Counted from the stretch's first letter, positions 1 through 11,166 are shown. The stretch: DNA of 60,170 nt from an uncultured Methylococcales bacterium (GCA_913009265.1 CAJVYL010000001.1:1-60170), one strand, 5' to 3'. The notes: generated by a model from the sequence alone, not told the origin. Made by a program: numbers and translations.

Positions 1-141
1 AGAAATTACTCTTGCAGTTTATATAAATTAAGCTTGATAAATTATAAGCAAATCCTACTTTTTTTGTATGATTCTTCATTACCTATTTTAGATACGCGCT
101 CTATTGTAGAGTACGTTGGTATTATGTTATGTTAGTCGGTT

Positions 142-858
142 ATGGAATTTCATCTAGCTTTTAGCACTTCTTATTTGGCTGCGTTTGCAATGGGTTTATT
201 TAGTAGCCTTCATTGCATTGGTATGTGCGGCTCAATTATTGGATCATTAACATTAAGCTTAAAACCAGAGATACGAGCTAATAAACGAAGTTTATTCACT
301 TATGTCTTTAATTATAATCTTGGCCGTATTACTAGCTATACCTTTGCAGGTTTTTTAGTTGGTTTTATTCAATCACTTGTAATGTTACCTTTTGGCGCTG
401 ATTACGGTTATAGAGCATTACAACTATTTTCTGCACTTATTATGATTAGCGCTGGGCTTTATCTTGCTGGCTGGTTTCCTCGCTTTGCCTATATTGAAAA
501 AGCAGGTGGCAAGCTTTGGAAAATGATTGAACCTTTCGGCCGAAAACTTATTCCGGTCAGTTCTCGCACTCAAGCTTACCTTTTTGGTATGGTTTGGGGC
601 TGGCTACCTTGCGGCCTTGTTTATGCTGCATTAGCATTAGCAGCCTCAACAGGGGACCCAGTTAGAGCGGGTATAACAATGCTAGCATTTGGACTAGGTA
701 CTTTACCTGCAGTACTTGGGGTCGGTATAATGACTAACATATTGACCAAGCTGTCCCAAATGCAGCGCTTTAAGCAGTTAACAGGTTTACTGTTAATTCT
801 TATTGCTTTAATTGCTCTGTTTCCAGAGCTAAACCCTATGCGTTTACAGCATATTTAA
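142..858 (+). CDS. Polytopic inner-membrane protein, DsbD_2/UreH-like family (often annotated 'TauE/SafE family')
   Basis: 238-aa ORF with about 6 hydrophobic helices. The first helix carries SLHCIGMCGS (HCxxMCG) and a later helix carries WLPCG. Family name is recalled from memory and was not searched. Confidence 0.6.
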   Translation: MEFHLAFSTSYLAAFAMGLFSSLHCIGMCGSIIGSLTLSLKPEIRANKRSLFTYVFNYNLGRITSYTFAGFLVGFIQSLVMLPFGADYGYRALQLFSALIMISAGLYLAGWFPRFAYIEKAGGKLWKMIEPFGRKLIPVSSRTQAYLFGMVWGWLPCGLVYAALALAASTGDPVRAGITMLAFGLGTLPAVLGVGIMTNILTKLSQMQRFKQLTGLLLILIALIALFPELNPMRLQHI

Positions 859-884
859 CCTACAAAAATTAAATTTAATTATTT

Positions 885-1841
885 ATGGATTACTTTAATT
901 CAAACATTGGAAAATCCCCTGTTTTTGAATCACTTCTACGTAGCGCCAAAATGGTTGCTGCAACAGATGTAACCATTTTAATTAAAGGAGAAACGGGTAC
1001 AGGTAAAGAAATGCTGGCAACAGCTATCCAAAAAGATAGCCCTCGATCAGACAACCCTTTTATTACTTTAAACTGTGCAGCTTTACCTGAAGGTCTTGTA
1101 GAGTCTGAATTATTTGGACATAAAAAAGGAGCTTTTACGGGTGCAGTTGCCAATAAACAAGGTTTATTTCATGCCGCCGATGGTGGCACATTATTTTTAG
1201 ATGAAATAAACTCACTCCCCCTACCCATTCAAACAAAACTTTTACGTTTTTTAGAGTCGGGAGAATGTTTAGCAGTTGGTGAAACCAAACCTTATATTGT
1301 TAATGTCCGTGTCATCGCTGCTACCAACTCAGATCTGAGCAAACAAATTGCAGATGGTGATTTTCGTCAGGATTTATATTTTCGTTTAAATGTAGTTCCT
1401 ATAGAAATTCCACCTTTAAACCAACGCACAGAAGATATAGAAAGTCTTATTAATCATTTCTTATCACAGTTTGCAACTAGCTACTCTATAATTCCACCAA
1501 AGTTTAATAAGCAAACATTAAAAGTATTACGAAGTTATAGCTGGCCAGGTAATATTAGAGAATTAAGAAATTTATGTGAACGTCTAAGCATTCTTTTATC
1601 AGGACAAACTATTGAGCCTGAAAACCTGCCTCATGAATTTACTACTAGCTTAACAGCACCTAGCGATTCTGTTTTTGTACTACCTGAAAACGGTATTGAT
1701 TTAGACGACTTAGAAGCGGATATGATTCATCAAGCCCTTTTAAGAACAAATGGCAATAGAAGCAAATCAGCGCGCTTACTTGGATTATCTCGCGATACTT
1801 TACTTTATCGTATAAAGAAACATGGAATAGCGATTCAATAG
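885..1841 (+). CDS. Sigma-54-dependent transcriptional activator (bEBP), AAA+ plus Fis-type HTH only, with no N-terminal regulatory domain (PspF-like architecture)
   Basis: Walker A GETGTGKE sits about 35 residues from the N-terminus. GAFTGA loop is ESELFGHKKGAFTGA, followed by WPGNIRELRN. C-terminal HTH is SKSARLLGLSRDTLLYRIKKHGI. The N-terminus aligns with the start of E. coli PspF, so no REC, PAS or GAF domain fits. Confidence 0.9.
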   Translation: MDYFNSNIGKSPVFESLLRSAKMVAATDVTILIKGETGTGKEMLATAIQKDSPRSDNPFITLNCAALPEGLVESELFGHKKGAFTGAVANKQGLFHAADGGTLFLDEINSLPLPIQTKLLRFLESGECLAVGETKPYIVNVRVIAATNSDLSKQIADGDFRQDLYFRLNVVPIEIPPLNQRTEDIESLINHFLSQFATSYSIIPPKFNKQTLKVLRSYSWPGNIRELRNLCERLSILLSGQTIEPENLPHEFTTSLTAPSDSVFVLPENGIDLDDLEADMIHQALLRTNGNRSKSARLLGLSRDTLLYRIKKHGIAIQ

Positions 1842-1856
1842 CTTTAAAATAGTTCT

Positions 1857-2606
1857 CTAGAATCGCAACCATTGCACAGTAAGATTATCTCCCTTCCCCC
1901 GAGCACGTAAGTGCATCATTTTTGCCACTTTTATCAATTTACCTCGACTACAATGTGGCGCTGAAAGTTGAAGCAAATCGTTCTCTTTTATAAATTCCCA
2001 AAAACCATCCGTACATAACACAAAAGTTTCACCCTTTTTAATAGGCGAGTAGACATTAATCTCTGCCGTATGGTTTTTAACTATATTTACTGTACGTAAC
2101 AATTGGTTTTGTTCAGGGTGCAAACCCATATCACGCTCTGAAATAGTCCCGTCATCTAACTGCTGTTGAATTAAAGAGTGGTCTTTAGTTCTCCAAAGAA
2201 CTTCCTGTTCACTCAAGCGATAAACACGAGAATCACCGCAATGAGCTGTAAGCGTATAGTTTGCATCTAAATACAAAACTGCACAGGTAGTATGAGAATC
2301 AAGACCCTCTTTATTATCAGCAAATAATACTTTCATTTCATCAACTGCTGCATCCACCCAAGCACTCAATATTACTTTTGCTTGTGCACTCGGTTTATTA
2401 TGAAGTAGCTGTTGATATTTTGCAGCCAACCCAAACATCCCTTGGCAAAAAAATTTAGATGCTTTCTCTCCTGCTTGATGCCCGCCAAGACCATCAGCCA
2501 CAACAAATAAAGCATATTCATCACACATTGTATGCGCCATACAATCTTGGTTTAACGCCCTATCACCGACAGAGGTTAGTTGATATACCTCTAGATTGCT
2601 AAACAA
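1857..2606 (-). CDS. PP2C-family Ser/Thr protein phosphatase
   Basis: Motifs [18 protein letters not shown] and VLCTDGFW are typical of PPM/PP2C metal-binding Asp clusters. The start overlaps the pdxJ stop by 8 nt. Confidence 0.85.
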   Translation of the reverse strand: MFSNLEVYQLTSVGDRALNQDCMAHTMCDEYALFVVADGLGGHQAGEKASKFFCQGMFGLAAKYQQLLHNKPSAQAKVILSAWVDAAVDEMKVLFADNKEGLDSHTTCAVLYLDANYTLTAHCGDSRVYRLSEQEVLWRTKDHSLIQQQLDDGTISERDMGLHPEQNQLLRTVNIVKNHTAEINVYSPIKKGETFVLCTDGFWEFIKENDLLQLSAPHCSRGKLIKVAKMMHLRARGKGDNLTVQWLRF

Positions 2607-3342
2607 CCGCTCTAGCCTCTTTCATAACACGTTTTAAATCTATTATTGTTTGCTGTAAACCAGAAAAAACAGCTTGAGCAATAATTGAATGACCAATATT
2701 TAATTCAACTATTTGTGGGATATAACAAATATCTTCTACATTATGAAAATGTAAACCATGCCCTGCATTTACCTGCAAACCAGCACTGTGAGCATATTCA
2801 GCAGCTTCCTTGACTCTTAGTAATTCAGATTTTTGTATCTGACTATTTAAAGCATCTGCATAGCATCCTGTGTGCAATTCAATAACAGGGGCGCCAGCTG
2901 CTACAGCCGCATCTATTTGCTTAAAGTCAGGATCAATAAATAAAGAAACCTCAATACCTGAATCAGATAACCTTTGACATGCGTCTTTCATTCTTTCAGG
3001 GCTTGAAGCAACATCTAAGCCTCCTTCAGTTGTTAATTCCTCACGCTTTTCTGGCACAAGACAACAGGCAGCAGGCTTAACCTTTTCTGCAATAGCAATC
3101 ATTTCATTTGTAACTGCCATTTCCAAATTCAAACGGCTATGTAACAGTTCTTGTAATAAGTAAATATCTCTATCTTGAATATGTCGACGATCCTCCCTCA
3201 AATGCGCAGTAATTCCATCTGCACCAGCCTGTTCAGCGACTAATGCTGCTTGAATTGGATCTGGATATTTTGTTCCTCTTGCCTGTCTTAATGTGGCAAC
3301 ATGGTCAATATTGACACCTAACAAGATTTTTTGTTTACTCAT
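2599..3342 (-). CDS. pdxJ: Pyridoxine 5'-phosphate synthase
   Basis: [22 protein letters not shown] and NAGHGL motifs. Conserved recO-pdxJ synteny with a 4-nt overlap with recO. Confidence 0.95.
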   Translation of the reverse strand: MSKQKILLGVNIDHVATLRQARGTKYPDPIQAALVAEQAGADGITAHLREDRRHIQDRDIYLLQELLHSRLNLEMAVTNEMIAIAEKVKPAACCLVPEKREELTTEGGLDVASSPERMKDACQRLSDSGIEVSLFIDPDFKQIDAAVAAGAPVIELHTGCYADALNSQIQKSELLRVKEAAEYAHSAGLQVNAGHGLHFHNVEDICYIPQIVELNIGHSIIAQAVFSGLQQTIIDLKRVMKEARAVV

Positions 3343-4046
3343 AACTGTTTAATTATTTTTGCCAGGACAGCTCTACTTTTAAGTACTTTACCCTGTAATT
3401 GAAAATCAATAATCCGCCTCATTAACTGCTTGGCTTCATATAATGCGTGTTCATCTAAATACTCTCTGGCTGTTAATGATAATAATGTTGATCCACTCAC
3501 ATAACCATCAGCACTCTCCATCATTCCTGCTTCGGTATCACAATAATATTTCTTGGCGATATCTACCTGAGTCTGTTTTTTTACATCAAAACTTAACTCA
3601 AAACCATAGCCAATATAATCCATCAAATTAAGTTCAAAGAACCTTAAGATTTGCTCTGTTTCTTGCGTTTTGGCTAATAAAGTCAGACAGTGTTGATACT
3701 CTATATAAACTTCTGGATGGGGATCGTTTTTATGTAAAAAATATCCAAGCAATTCATTGACATAAAAACCACAATATAAAGAAAGTCCTTTTAATTGTAT
3801 TGTGGTTTCACCCAACTCCACATTAGTCAAAACCTTTAACTCATTTCGACCCATATAAGAGAGTTTTAAATCAGTAAAAGCAAGTAGAAGACCTGCAGTT
3901 TTTGACTTAGGCTTTCTTACGCCTCGCGCAAGAATAGATACAATTCCAAAGTCTCTAGTTAAAACATCCAGAATCAAACTGCTTTCACGATACTTTCGAT
4001 GTTGTAAAATAAAAGCAGGTTGGAGTTGGACCTGAGTGTAACTCAC
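3339..4046 (-). CDS. recO: DNA repair protein RecO
   Basis: N-terminal [37 protein letters not shown] matches the RecO OB-fold region. Sits in era-recO-pdxJ synteny. Confidence 0.9.
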   Translation of the reverse strand: MSYTQVQLQPAFILQHRKYRESSLILDVLTRDFGIVSILARGVRKPKSKTAGLLLAFTDLKLSYMGRNELKVLTNVELGETTIQLKGLSLYCGFYVNELLGYFLHKNDPHPEVYIEYQHCLTLLAKTQETEQILRFFELNLMDYIGYGFELSFDVKKQTQVDIAKKYYCDTEAGMMESADGYVSGSTLLSLTAREYLDEHALYEAKQLMRRIIDFQLQGKVLKSRAVLAKIIKQL

Positions 4047-4072
4047 GTCTTTTTATTTATCTAAAGTTAAAT

Positions 4073-4957
4073 CTATTCATCAATAAAACCCAAACTTTGC
4101 AAGGCTCGCTCATTATTTGCCCAGCCTTTCTTTACCTTAACCCAAATTTGTAAATAGACTTTCTTATCAATTAACTTTTCTATATCAATACGTGCATCAG
4201 TACCTACCTTCTTAAGCATTTCACCTTGCGCACCTATAACAATATTCTTTTGAGAACTACGCTCCACCCATACTACTGCATATATTTTGGTGATTTTGGC
4301 TTGCTCTTCATAACGCTCAATTTCAACAGTCATTGAATAAGGCAATTCATCACCTAAACGTCTTGTTAATTTTTCTCTAACAATTTCGGCTGCTAAAAAT
4401 CGTTCTGGACGATCAGTTATTTGATCCTCGGGATAGATTAAGCCCCCCTCAGGCAATTGCTTTAATAAAATAGTTTCAAGTGTATCTAGGTTAGTTCCTT
4501 TTAATGCAGAAATAGGTAACATTTCTTTAAATGGAAACCTTTTTCGAGCCTCAGCGAAAAACGCTAAAATACTATCCTTATCTTTAACCTTATCGACTTT
4601 ATTTGCAGCCAACACAACTGGAATCCCAGCATTCTCAAGCTTTGTAAAAATAACTTCATCAAACTCATGCCAAGACAAACCATCAATCAACCAAACTACT
4701 ACATCAACGCCTAGCAATGTTGTATCAGCTGTTTTATTTAAATATCGATTTAATGCTTTTTTCTCAACCTTATGCATACCTGGAGTATCCATATAGATTA
4801 TTTGACCAGCATCCGTGGTATTAATACCTAAAATACGATGCCTTGTTGTCTGTGGTTTTCTTGAAGTAATACTGATTTTTTGTCCCAGCATATGATTCAT
4901 TAATGTTGATTTACCAACATTGGGACGACCTATTAACGCTACATAACCACAATTCAT
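4073..4957 (-). CDS. era: GTPase Era
   Basis: G1 motif GRPNVGKST, G3 motif DTPG, G4 motif NKVD and a C-terminal KH domain. Has a 4-nt overlap with rnc. Confidence 0.96.
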   Translation of the reverse strand: MNCGYVALIGRPNVGKSTLMNHMLGQKISITSRKPQTTRHRILGINTTDAGQIIYMDTPGMHKVEKKALNRYLNKTADTTLLGVDVVVWLIDGLSWHEFDEVIFTKLENAGIPVVLAANKVDKVKDKDSILAFFAEARKRFPFKEMLPISALKGTNLDTLETILLKQLPEGGLIYPEDQITDRPERFLAAEIVREKLTRRLGDELPYSMTVEIERYEEQAKITKIYAVVWVERSSQKNIVIGAQGEMLKKVGTDARIDIEKLIDKKVYLQIWVKVKKGWANNERALQSLGFIDE

Positions 4958-5640
4958 CTATTTTTCTTCTTTATTAATTTTAACATTTGTTCTGCTGCAC
5001 TTTGCTCAGCTTTTTTTCTTGAATCGCCAATCCCAGTACAGGATTCAACTTTTTCTACATTTGTTGTGCATTTAACACTAAACGTTTGCGCATGTGCCGC
5101 ACCTGTCATTTGAATAAGCTCATACACCGGTAATTCAATTTTTCTTGATTGCATCAATTCTTGCAATTGAGTTTTAGGGTCTTTTTCAGATTTATTTAAA
5201 TCCAATGCACTCAACTTCTCAGCAAAAATCTTTAATATCCATTCCTTACATTCCAGCACGCCTTGGTCTTTCAATAAGGCACCCATAATAGCTTCCACTG
5301 CATCAGATAAAATCGAATCTCTTCTATATCCACCACTTTTCAGCTCACCAGAGCCAAGAATCAGGTAATCACCCAAGTTATGCTCTCTAGCCACACTAGC
5401 TAATGAACCTTGATTAACAAGCCGAGCCCGAAGTCGACTTAATTCACCTTCACTTGCAGCAGGAAACATTTCATACAATTTTTCTGCAATCACAAACCCT
5501 AAGATAGAATCCCCAAGATATTCCAATCGCTCATTATTCTTTGCCCCCATACTACGATGGGTTAAAGCCATGGTAAACAGTTCAGGCTGATTAAACGACA
5601 AATCTAATTTTTTAATCAGCACCTCTGGCTTTCTTATCAC
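4954..5640 (-). CDS. rnc: Ribonuclease III
   Basis: RNase III signature NERLEYLGDS and a C-terminal dsRBD. Sits in lepB-rnc-era synteny. Confidence 0.96.
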   Translation of the reverse strand: MIRKPEVLIKKLDLSFNQPELFTMALTHRSMGAKNNERLEYLGDSILGFVIAEKLYEMFPAASEGELSRLRARLVNQGSLASVAREHNLGDYLILGSGELKSGGYRRDSILSDAVEAIMGALLKDQGVLECKEWILKIFAEKLSALDLNKSEKDPKTQLQELMQSRKIELPVYELIQMTGAAHAQTFSVKCTTNVEKVESCTGIGDSRKKAEQSAAEQMLKLIKKKNR

Positions 5641-6020
5641 TCAAGATCACCAAGCTCAAAAATCTCATAAAACTCAACCAACACACTTAAATTGCCCATG
5701 ATCGGCTCTACTCTTTCATATTCAATTTCAACTTTAGTATAGTGCTCTTGCTTAACAATAGTAATATCATCTCCCCTCACTTTAGTAACGTAATTCATAT
5801 CAAAACGCTTATTTAAGCTTATTTGTATTTCATGTTTACTCATCGTTCTTATATCAGGCATTGCTTCCACAGCGGCAAGTGCATTAACTACTTTGCTATG
5901 GTTCATATAAATAGGACCAATTTTCAGCCCTAACATTACAAAAAAACCAGCTACGGCTAATAAAAAAACAATAGTGATTAACGTTAATCCTCGTTGATTT
6001 TTTGCTGAATAGGTCATCAT
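5637..6020 (-). CDS. DUF4845-type small membrane-anchored protein
   Basis: 127 aa with an N-terminal pilin-like hydrophobic segment (GLTLITIVFLLAVAGFFVMLGLKIGPIY). Conserved position between lepB and rnc, as in Pseudomonas-type genomes. Confidence 0.7.
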   Translation of the reverse strand: MMTYSAKNQRGLTLITIVFLLAVAGFFVMLGLKIGPIYMNHSKVVNALAAVEAMPDIRTMSKHEIQISLNKRFDMNYVTKVRGDDITIVKQEHYTKVEIEYERVEPIMGNLSVLVEFYEIFELGDLE

Positions 6021-6058
6021 TTCTCCAAATAAAATTTATGAATAGTTCTAAGTCTAGC

Positions 6059-6835
6059 CTATTTTAAAATTGTTCCAATTCTATCGAAGCCGACACCTTT
6101 ATGCTGCCAATCCCAACTCATCCAAATAAAGAAAGCTCTTCCCACTAAATTTTCTTCGGGTACTGTCCCCCAATAGCGGCTGTCATTACTATTGTCTCTA
6201 TTATCACCCATCACAAAATATTGACCTTCAGGCACAACAAATACACCTTCTACGGATGGAAGCCCATGCTTAACTAAAATACTATGCTCGACACCAGCTA
6301 AGTTTTCTACAAAATGCTCAGCTCCTGTCATGTTTACGCCCTGCCCTACACCTTGATACGAACCTAACGATGCTTGTTTAGCTTGCTTTCCATTAACATA
6401 AACAATTTTCTTGTAATAAGAGATCTTATCTCCAGGCACTCCAACGACTCGTTTTATATAATCAATTTTGGGATTTTTAGGAAAGCGAAAAACGACAATA
6501 TCCCCTCTCTCTGGTGAATTTAGCTCGGCTATCTTGGTATTTAATACCGGTAAGCGAACACCATAGGTAAACTTATTAACTAAAATAAAGTCACCAACCA
6601 ATAAAGTTGGCATCATTGAACCCGATGGAATACGGAAAGGTTCTGCTATAAACGACCGTAAAATCAAAACGATAAAAACAATCGGAAAAAAAGAATGTGC
6701 ATACTCAACAAGTAATGGTTCTTCTCGTGTTGCAGGGTCTATTTTTGAAAGTTTTAGAAATAACAGATAGCCACCCCAAATAATGCCGGTAACCAAACTT
6801 GCCAGAACAAGAAAAAAAGAAAAATCGTAATCCAT
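6059..6835 (-). CDS. lepB: Signal peptidase I
   Basis: Catalytic Ser box IPSGSMMPTL, Lys box YIKRVVGVPGD and GDNRDNSNDSRYWG. Confidence 0.96.
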   Translation of the reverse strand: MDYDFSFFLVLASLVTGIIWGGYLLFLKLSKIDPATREEPLLVEYAHSFFPIVFIVLILRSFIAEPFRIPSGSMMPTLLVGDFILVNKFTYGVRLPVLNTKIAELNSPERGDIVVFRFPKNPKIDYIKRVVGVPGDKISYYKKIVYVNGKQAKQASLGSYQGVGQGVNMTGAEHFVENLAGVEHSILVKHGLPSVEGVFVVPEGQYFVMGDNRDNSNDSRYWGTVPEENLVGRAFFIWMSWDWQHKGVGFDRIGTILK

Positions 6836-6891
6836 GAAATTATTAAATAGTAATGGTTAAAAGAAAGTAAAAACTGCGAATGTACTCTGTA

Positions 6892-8691
6892 TTACTCTTT
6901 ATTGACTTGTAAAACAGCTAGGAATGCTTCTTGTGGAATTTCTATACTTCCTACTTGTTTCATCCGCTTTTTACCTGCTTTTTGCTTCTCTAACAGCTTT
7001 TTCTTACGAGAAATATCACCACCGTAACATTTAGCTGTTACATTTTTTCTCATCGCTTTAACGGTAGACCTTGCAATTACTTTTGATCCTATCGCTGCTT
7101 GGATAGCAACTTCATACATTTGCCTTGGGATAAGATCCTTCATGGTTTCCACTAAACCTCTACCACGTGTCTGACTTAAATCTTTATGTACAATAACGGA
7201 TAACGCATCTACTTTATCACCATTAATAAGCACATCTAATTTAACCAAAGGAGCAGGCTCAAACCGTACAAATTCATAATCAAATGAAGCATAACCTCTA
7301 CTGACCGACTTTAACCTATCAAAGAAATCTAACACCACCTCACTCATTGGAAGCTCATAATTTAGTGATACCTGACTCCCTGTGTACTGCATATTTTTTT
7401 GCACGCCACGTTTTTCAACACAAAGACCAATAACACTACCTAAGTATTCTTGAGGAACTAGAATATTCGCTATAATGATAGGTTCTCTAATCTCAGCAAT
7501 TGCTCCTGATTCTGGCAGATTAGCAGGATTATCAACCATTAATATTTCACCTGCGTGAGTTTCAACTTCATAAACCACTGTAGGCGCTGTGGTAATCAAG
7601 TCTATATTGTATTCACGCTCTAGACGTTCTTGCACAATTTCCATGTGCAACATACCTAAGAAGCCACAACGAAAACCAAAACCTAATGCTTGTGAACTTT
7701 CTGGTTCAAAATTAAGTGCAGCATCATTTAGACGCAATTTATCCAATGCTTCACGCATATTATTAAAGTCATCTGAACTTACTGGGTATAAACCAGCAAA
7801 AACACGAGGCTGAACAGTTTCAAATCCAGGTAATACATCCGCTGCAGGATTGTCAGCTAGGGTAATAGTATCCCCTACTGGAGCACCATAAATATCTTTA
7901 ATACCTGCAACAATAAAGCCTACTTCGCCAGTTTTTAAAATATCTGTATCTTTTTGCTTAGGCGTGTAAACCCCAACCCTTTCTGCCAAATAGGTTTTCT
8001 CTGTTGACATCACCTTCAGTTTTTGTTTTTTACGTACACTGCCGTTAACAATTTTAACTAATGAAACGACTCCAAGATAATTATCAAACCATGAATCAAT
8101 AATTAATGCTTGTAAGGGGCCATCGGGGTCACCAGTAGGCGCAGGAACTTTTTCCACTAACTGCTCTAAAACACCCTCAATACCTATCCCTGTTTTTGCA
8201 CTAATCTTAAGTGCTTCCCCTGCATCAATACCAATTACGTCTTCAATTTCAGCAATTACACGTTCAGGCTCTGCAGAAGGCAAGTCAATTTTATTTAATA
8301 CAGGCACCACTTCTAGCCCCTGTTCAATAGCGGTATAACAATTTGCAACGCTTTGTGCTTCAACACCTTGAGCAGCATCAACAACTAATAAAGCACCTTC
8401 ACAAGCGGCAAGAGAACGAGAAACTTCATAAGAGAAATCAACATGCCCTGGTGTATCAATAAAATTTAACTGATAAGTTTCACCGCTTTCTGATTTGTAA
8501 TCTAAAGTAACACTTTGCGCCTTAATAGTAATTCCACGTTCTCTCTCAATATCCATAGAATCAAGAACTTGCGAATCCATCTCTCTTTCACTTAGGCCGC
8601 CACAAATTTGAATAAAGCGGTCAGCAAGTGTTGATTTTCCATGATCGATATGCGCGATAATGGAGAAGTTTCTTATGTTTTTTTGATCCAC
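6892..8691 (-). CDS. lepA: Elongation factor 4 (LepA)
   Basis: [26 protein letters not shown] and NKIDL G-motifs, plus the LepA-specific C-terminal domain. 599 aa. Confidence 0.97.
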   Translation of the reverse strand: MDQKNIRNFSIIAHIDHGKSTLADRFIQICGGLSEREMDSQVLDSMDIERERGITIKAQSVTLDYKSESGETYQLNFIDTPGHVDFSYEVSRSLAACEGALLVVDAAQGVEAQSVANCYTAIEQGLEVVPVLNKIDLPSAEPERVIAEIEDVIGIDAGEALKISAKTGIGIEGVLEQLVEKVPAPTGDPDGPLQALIIDSWFDNYLGVVSLVKIVNGSVRKKQKLKVMSTEKTYLAERVGVYTPKQKDTDILKTGEVGFIVAGIKDIYGAPVGDTITLADNPAADVLPGFETVQPRVFAGLYPVSSDDFNNMREALDKLRLNDAALNFEPESSQALGFGFRCGFLGMLHMEIVQERLEREYNIDLITTAPTVVYEVETHAGEILMVDNPANLPESGAIAEIREPIIIANILVPQEYLGSVIGLCVEKRGVQKNMQYTGSQVSLNYELPMSEVVLDFFDRLKSVSRGYASFDYEFVRFEPAPLVKLDVLINGDKVDALSVIVHKDLSQTRGRGLVETMKDLIPRQMYEVAIQAAIGSKVIARSTVKAMRKNVTAKCYGGDISRKKKLLEKQKAGKKRMKQVGSIEIPQEAFLAVLQVNKE

Positions 8692-8694
8692 AGT

Positions 8695-10086
8695 TTATTT
8701 ATCTACTTTTAATGCGAGAAAAACTGGACTACCTCTACGCTGAATTAAAATAGCAATAGATTGACCAGTTGGGAGTTTTTTGACTATTTTATCAAAGTCA
8801 GCCTTTCCTCGAACAACATTATTCTGAATTCTTAAAATAACATCACCTTGCTGAACTCCAGCATCTAAAGCAGAACCTTGCTTAACTTCCTGCACTATAA
8901 CGCCGTACTCTGTTATTTCTAGGCGTTCTCGTTGCATTTCTGTAAGTTCTTTTACCACCAAACCTAATTTATTACTTAGTTTTTCAGGCTCATCAATAAC
9001 CGCCACACCTGCCTTATTTTCTAACAAGCCAACAACAACTCTTATTGATTTTTTACCTTTATTTCTAAATATTTTAACTTTGACTTTTTCATCTATTGCA
9101 GTAATTCCGACAACTGGAGGCAACTCTCCTGAAGTTTCAATCTCATGCCCATCAAATTCAACAATAACATCACCAATTTTTAAACCCGCTTTTTCAGCAG
9201 GGCTATCTTTGATCACTTTTGCTACCAATGCACCATAAGGCCTATCCATACCAAAAGATTCTGCCAACTCTCTTGTTACATCCTGAATTTGTACACCAAG
9301 CCAACCCCGAGAAACTGAACCTTTAGTTTTAAGTTGCTCCATAACATTCATTGCCACATCCATAGGAATAGCAAAAGATAAGCCCATGTATCCACCAGAT
9401 CGACTATAAATCTGTGAATTAATCCCTACTACTTCGCCATTCATATTAAATAATGGTCCACCAGAGTTTCCAGGATTAATTGCCACATCAGTTTGAATAA
9501 AAGGAACATAACTTCCCCCAGGTAAACTCCTTCCTTTTGCACTAACAATACCAGCCGTTACAGACTGTTCAAATCCAAAAGGGGTTCCAATTGCAAGCAC
9601 CCATTCTCCAACTTGTAATTGAGCTGATGAACCTTTTTTAACAACAGGTAAGTTTTTCGCTTGAATTTGTAATAATGCAATATCCGTACTTTCATCAGAA
9701 CCAATCAATTTAGCCACTAATTGACGACGGTCTTTTAATTTAACAATAATTTCCTCGGCATCTTTTACTACATGATGATTCGTTAATATATATCCATCAT
9801 CTGAAACAATGAATCCCGAGCCTAATGACTTAGCATCCCGTGGTTGCATTCCACCTCTTGGTTGATTAAAGAAGTGCTTAAACAATTCTTCCATTTGAGG
9901 TGGCACACCCTCTGGCATTTGCTTACCACTTAAAGCTGATAATATTTCTGGCGCCTTTTTAGTGGTACTGATATTTACCACAGCAGCACCATTTTCTTTT
10001 ACCATTTCAGTAAAATCAGGTAACTGAGCATTAACAGGAACATTTATCAACAATAGAAAAAAAGACCACATTATCTTTTTAAACAT
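8695..10086 (-). CDS. mucD: Periplasmic serine endoprotease, DegP/MucD family (trypsin-like domain plus 2 PDZ domains)
   Basis: Signal peptide, catalytic triad context (TNHHVV, DIALLQI, GNSGGPL) and two PDZ-like regions. Lies directly downstream of rpoE-rseA-rseB, as algU-mucABD does. Confidence 0.9.
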   Translation of the reverse strand: MFKKIMWSFFLLLINVPVNAQLPDFTEMVKENGAAVVNISTTKKAPEILSALSGKQMPEGVPPQMEELFKHFFNQPRGGMQPRDAKSLGSGFIVSDDGYILTNHHVVKDAEEIIVKLKDRRQLVAKLIGSDESTDIALLQIQAKNLPVVKKGSSAQLQVGEWVLAIGTPFGFEQSVTAGIVSAKGRSLPGGSYVPFIQTDVAINPGNSGGPLFNMNGEVVGINSQIYSRSGGYMGLSFAIPMDVAMNVMEQLKTKGSVSRGWLGVQIQDVTRELAESFGMDRPYGALVAKVIKDSPAEKAGLKIGDVIVEFDGHEIETSGELPPVVGITAIDEKVKVKIFRNKGKKSIRVVVGLLENKAGVAVIDEPEKLSNKLGLVVKELTEMQRERLEITEYGVIVQEVKQGSALDAGVQQGDVILRIQNNVVRGKADFDKIVKKLPTGQSIAILIQRRGSPVFLALKVDK

Positions 10087-10210
10087 AGCTTATCCTTTTT
10101 GTATTTTTAACGGGAAATTAGTCGGAACTTAATTGATATTTTAGAGATTAAAAACGAGTAGAAAGCTCATCAACATACCTAAATAAAAGCAAATATTGAT
10201 GAGAAAAACT

Positions 10211-11155
10211 TTATTTTTTAAGTTTAATGCCTTGCACAATAAACTGAACAGCTTTAACCGGAACTTCACCTAATACGGTAACCTGGAAATCACCAATAAT
10301 TTTGGTAATTGATTTAACAGACCCTAAAACCTGTATACCTTCTTTAGTATCTTTAGCTTTTGCTTCGACATAAACCGAAACAGATGAAAAACCATCACTT
10401 AACAATATATGTTCAACAGACTTATCTAAATCATCCCGATTCATCTGATCGAAAAAAACAATATGATAATTAGAAGGATATTTTTCTAAAACAATGCCTG
10501 CTTTTTCTATTGCCAACAACTCTGCTTGATAATCAAGAATGGCAAGATCTTTTTCTTTAGCCTCACTTTTATCAACCTTATGGTTATTAGTCACTTGAAT
10601 ATCAGTAAAAACAACTTGCTCAACTGTTCTACCCGCTAGGTCATACACTTCAGATTTTAAAGGTAGGAAATAAACCTTATCAATCCAAACTTTTCGTTTA
10701 TATCTATATTGGTCTTTTGGTTCAATAGAAATTACATGGGCAGGAAGCATAGCAACAGATTCCTCATCAAGTGTTTTAAAAGAATAAACACTTTGTATTG
10801 ATGAGAAGTTTTCAGGCAAATCAATAATAAATGAATCACTTACCGGATGATCATTTACAACAGTTTCATTAGTTTTTTTAAAAACACAACGCACCTTGCC
10901 CGACTCTCTAATCACCTCACGCATGGGTGAGTTTAAAGACAATAACCGTTCCAACTCATTACCATTATTACAACTATGGAAGTACTTCATAGTATCCAGC
11001 CGGCCATTTTTAAAAAAAGCCACCGTTCCTTGATAATCAAGCGTTTTCATTGCTTGACTCATATTTTCCATTATCTGTTGAACTTTAACTTCTGTTGCAT
11101 TAACAAAAGTCACTGTAATAGATAACAAAAAAACCAGAAAAACTCGGTAAATCAT
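10211..11155 (-). CDS. rseB: Sigma-E regulatory protein RseB/MucB
   Basis: Signal peptide, size and N-terminal region MKTLDYQGTVAFFKNGRLDTMKYFH. Position is after the anti-sigma gene. Confidence 0.85.
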   Translation of the reverse strand: MIYRVFLVFLLSITVTFVNATEVKVQQIMENMSQAMKTLDYQGTVAFFKNGRLDTMKYFHSCNNGNELERLLSLNSPMREVIRESGKVRCVFKKTNETVVNDHPVSDSFIIDLPENFSSIQSVYSFKTLDEESVAMLPAHVISIEPKDQYRYKRKVWIDKVYFLPLKSEVYDLAGRTVEQVVFTDIQVTNNHKVDKSEAKEKDLAILDYQAELLAIEKAGIVLEKYPSNYHIVFFDQMNRDDLDKSVEHILLSDGFSSVSVYVEAKAKDTKEGIQVLGSVKSITKIIGDFQVTVLGEVPVKAVQFIVQGIKLKK

Positions 11156-11166
11156 ACTAACTAGCC

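Noticed and set aside
10124-10151. GGAACTT sigma-E -35-like box between rseB and mucD
   Set aside because: It is on the plus strand, whereas all local genes are on the minus strand. No TCnnA -10 element lies at the proper 16-nt spacing.
10166-10203. 8-bp AT-rich hairpin (CTCATCAA/TTGATGAG, 22-nt loop) between rseB and mucD, considered as an attenuator
   Set aside because: The stem is short and the loop is large, so it is not distinguishable from chance in AT-rich DNA.
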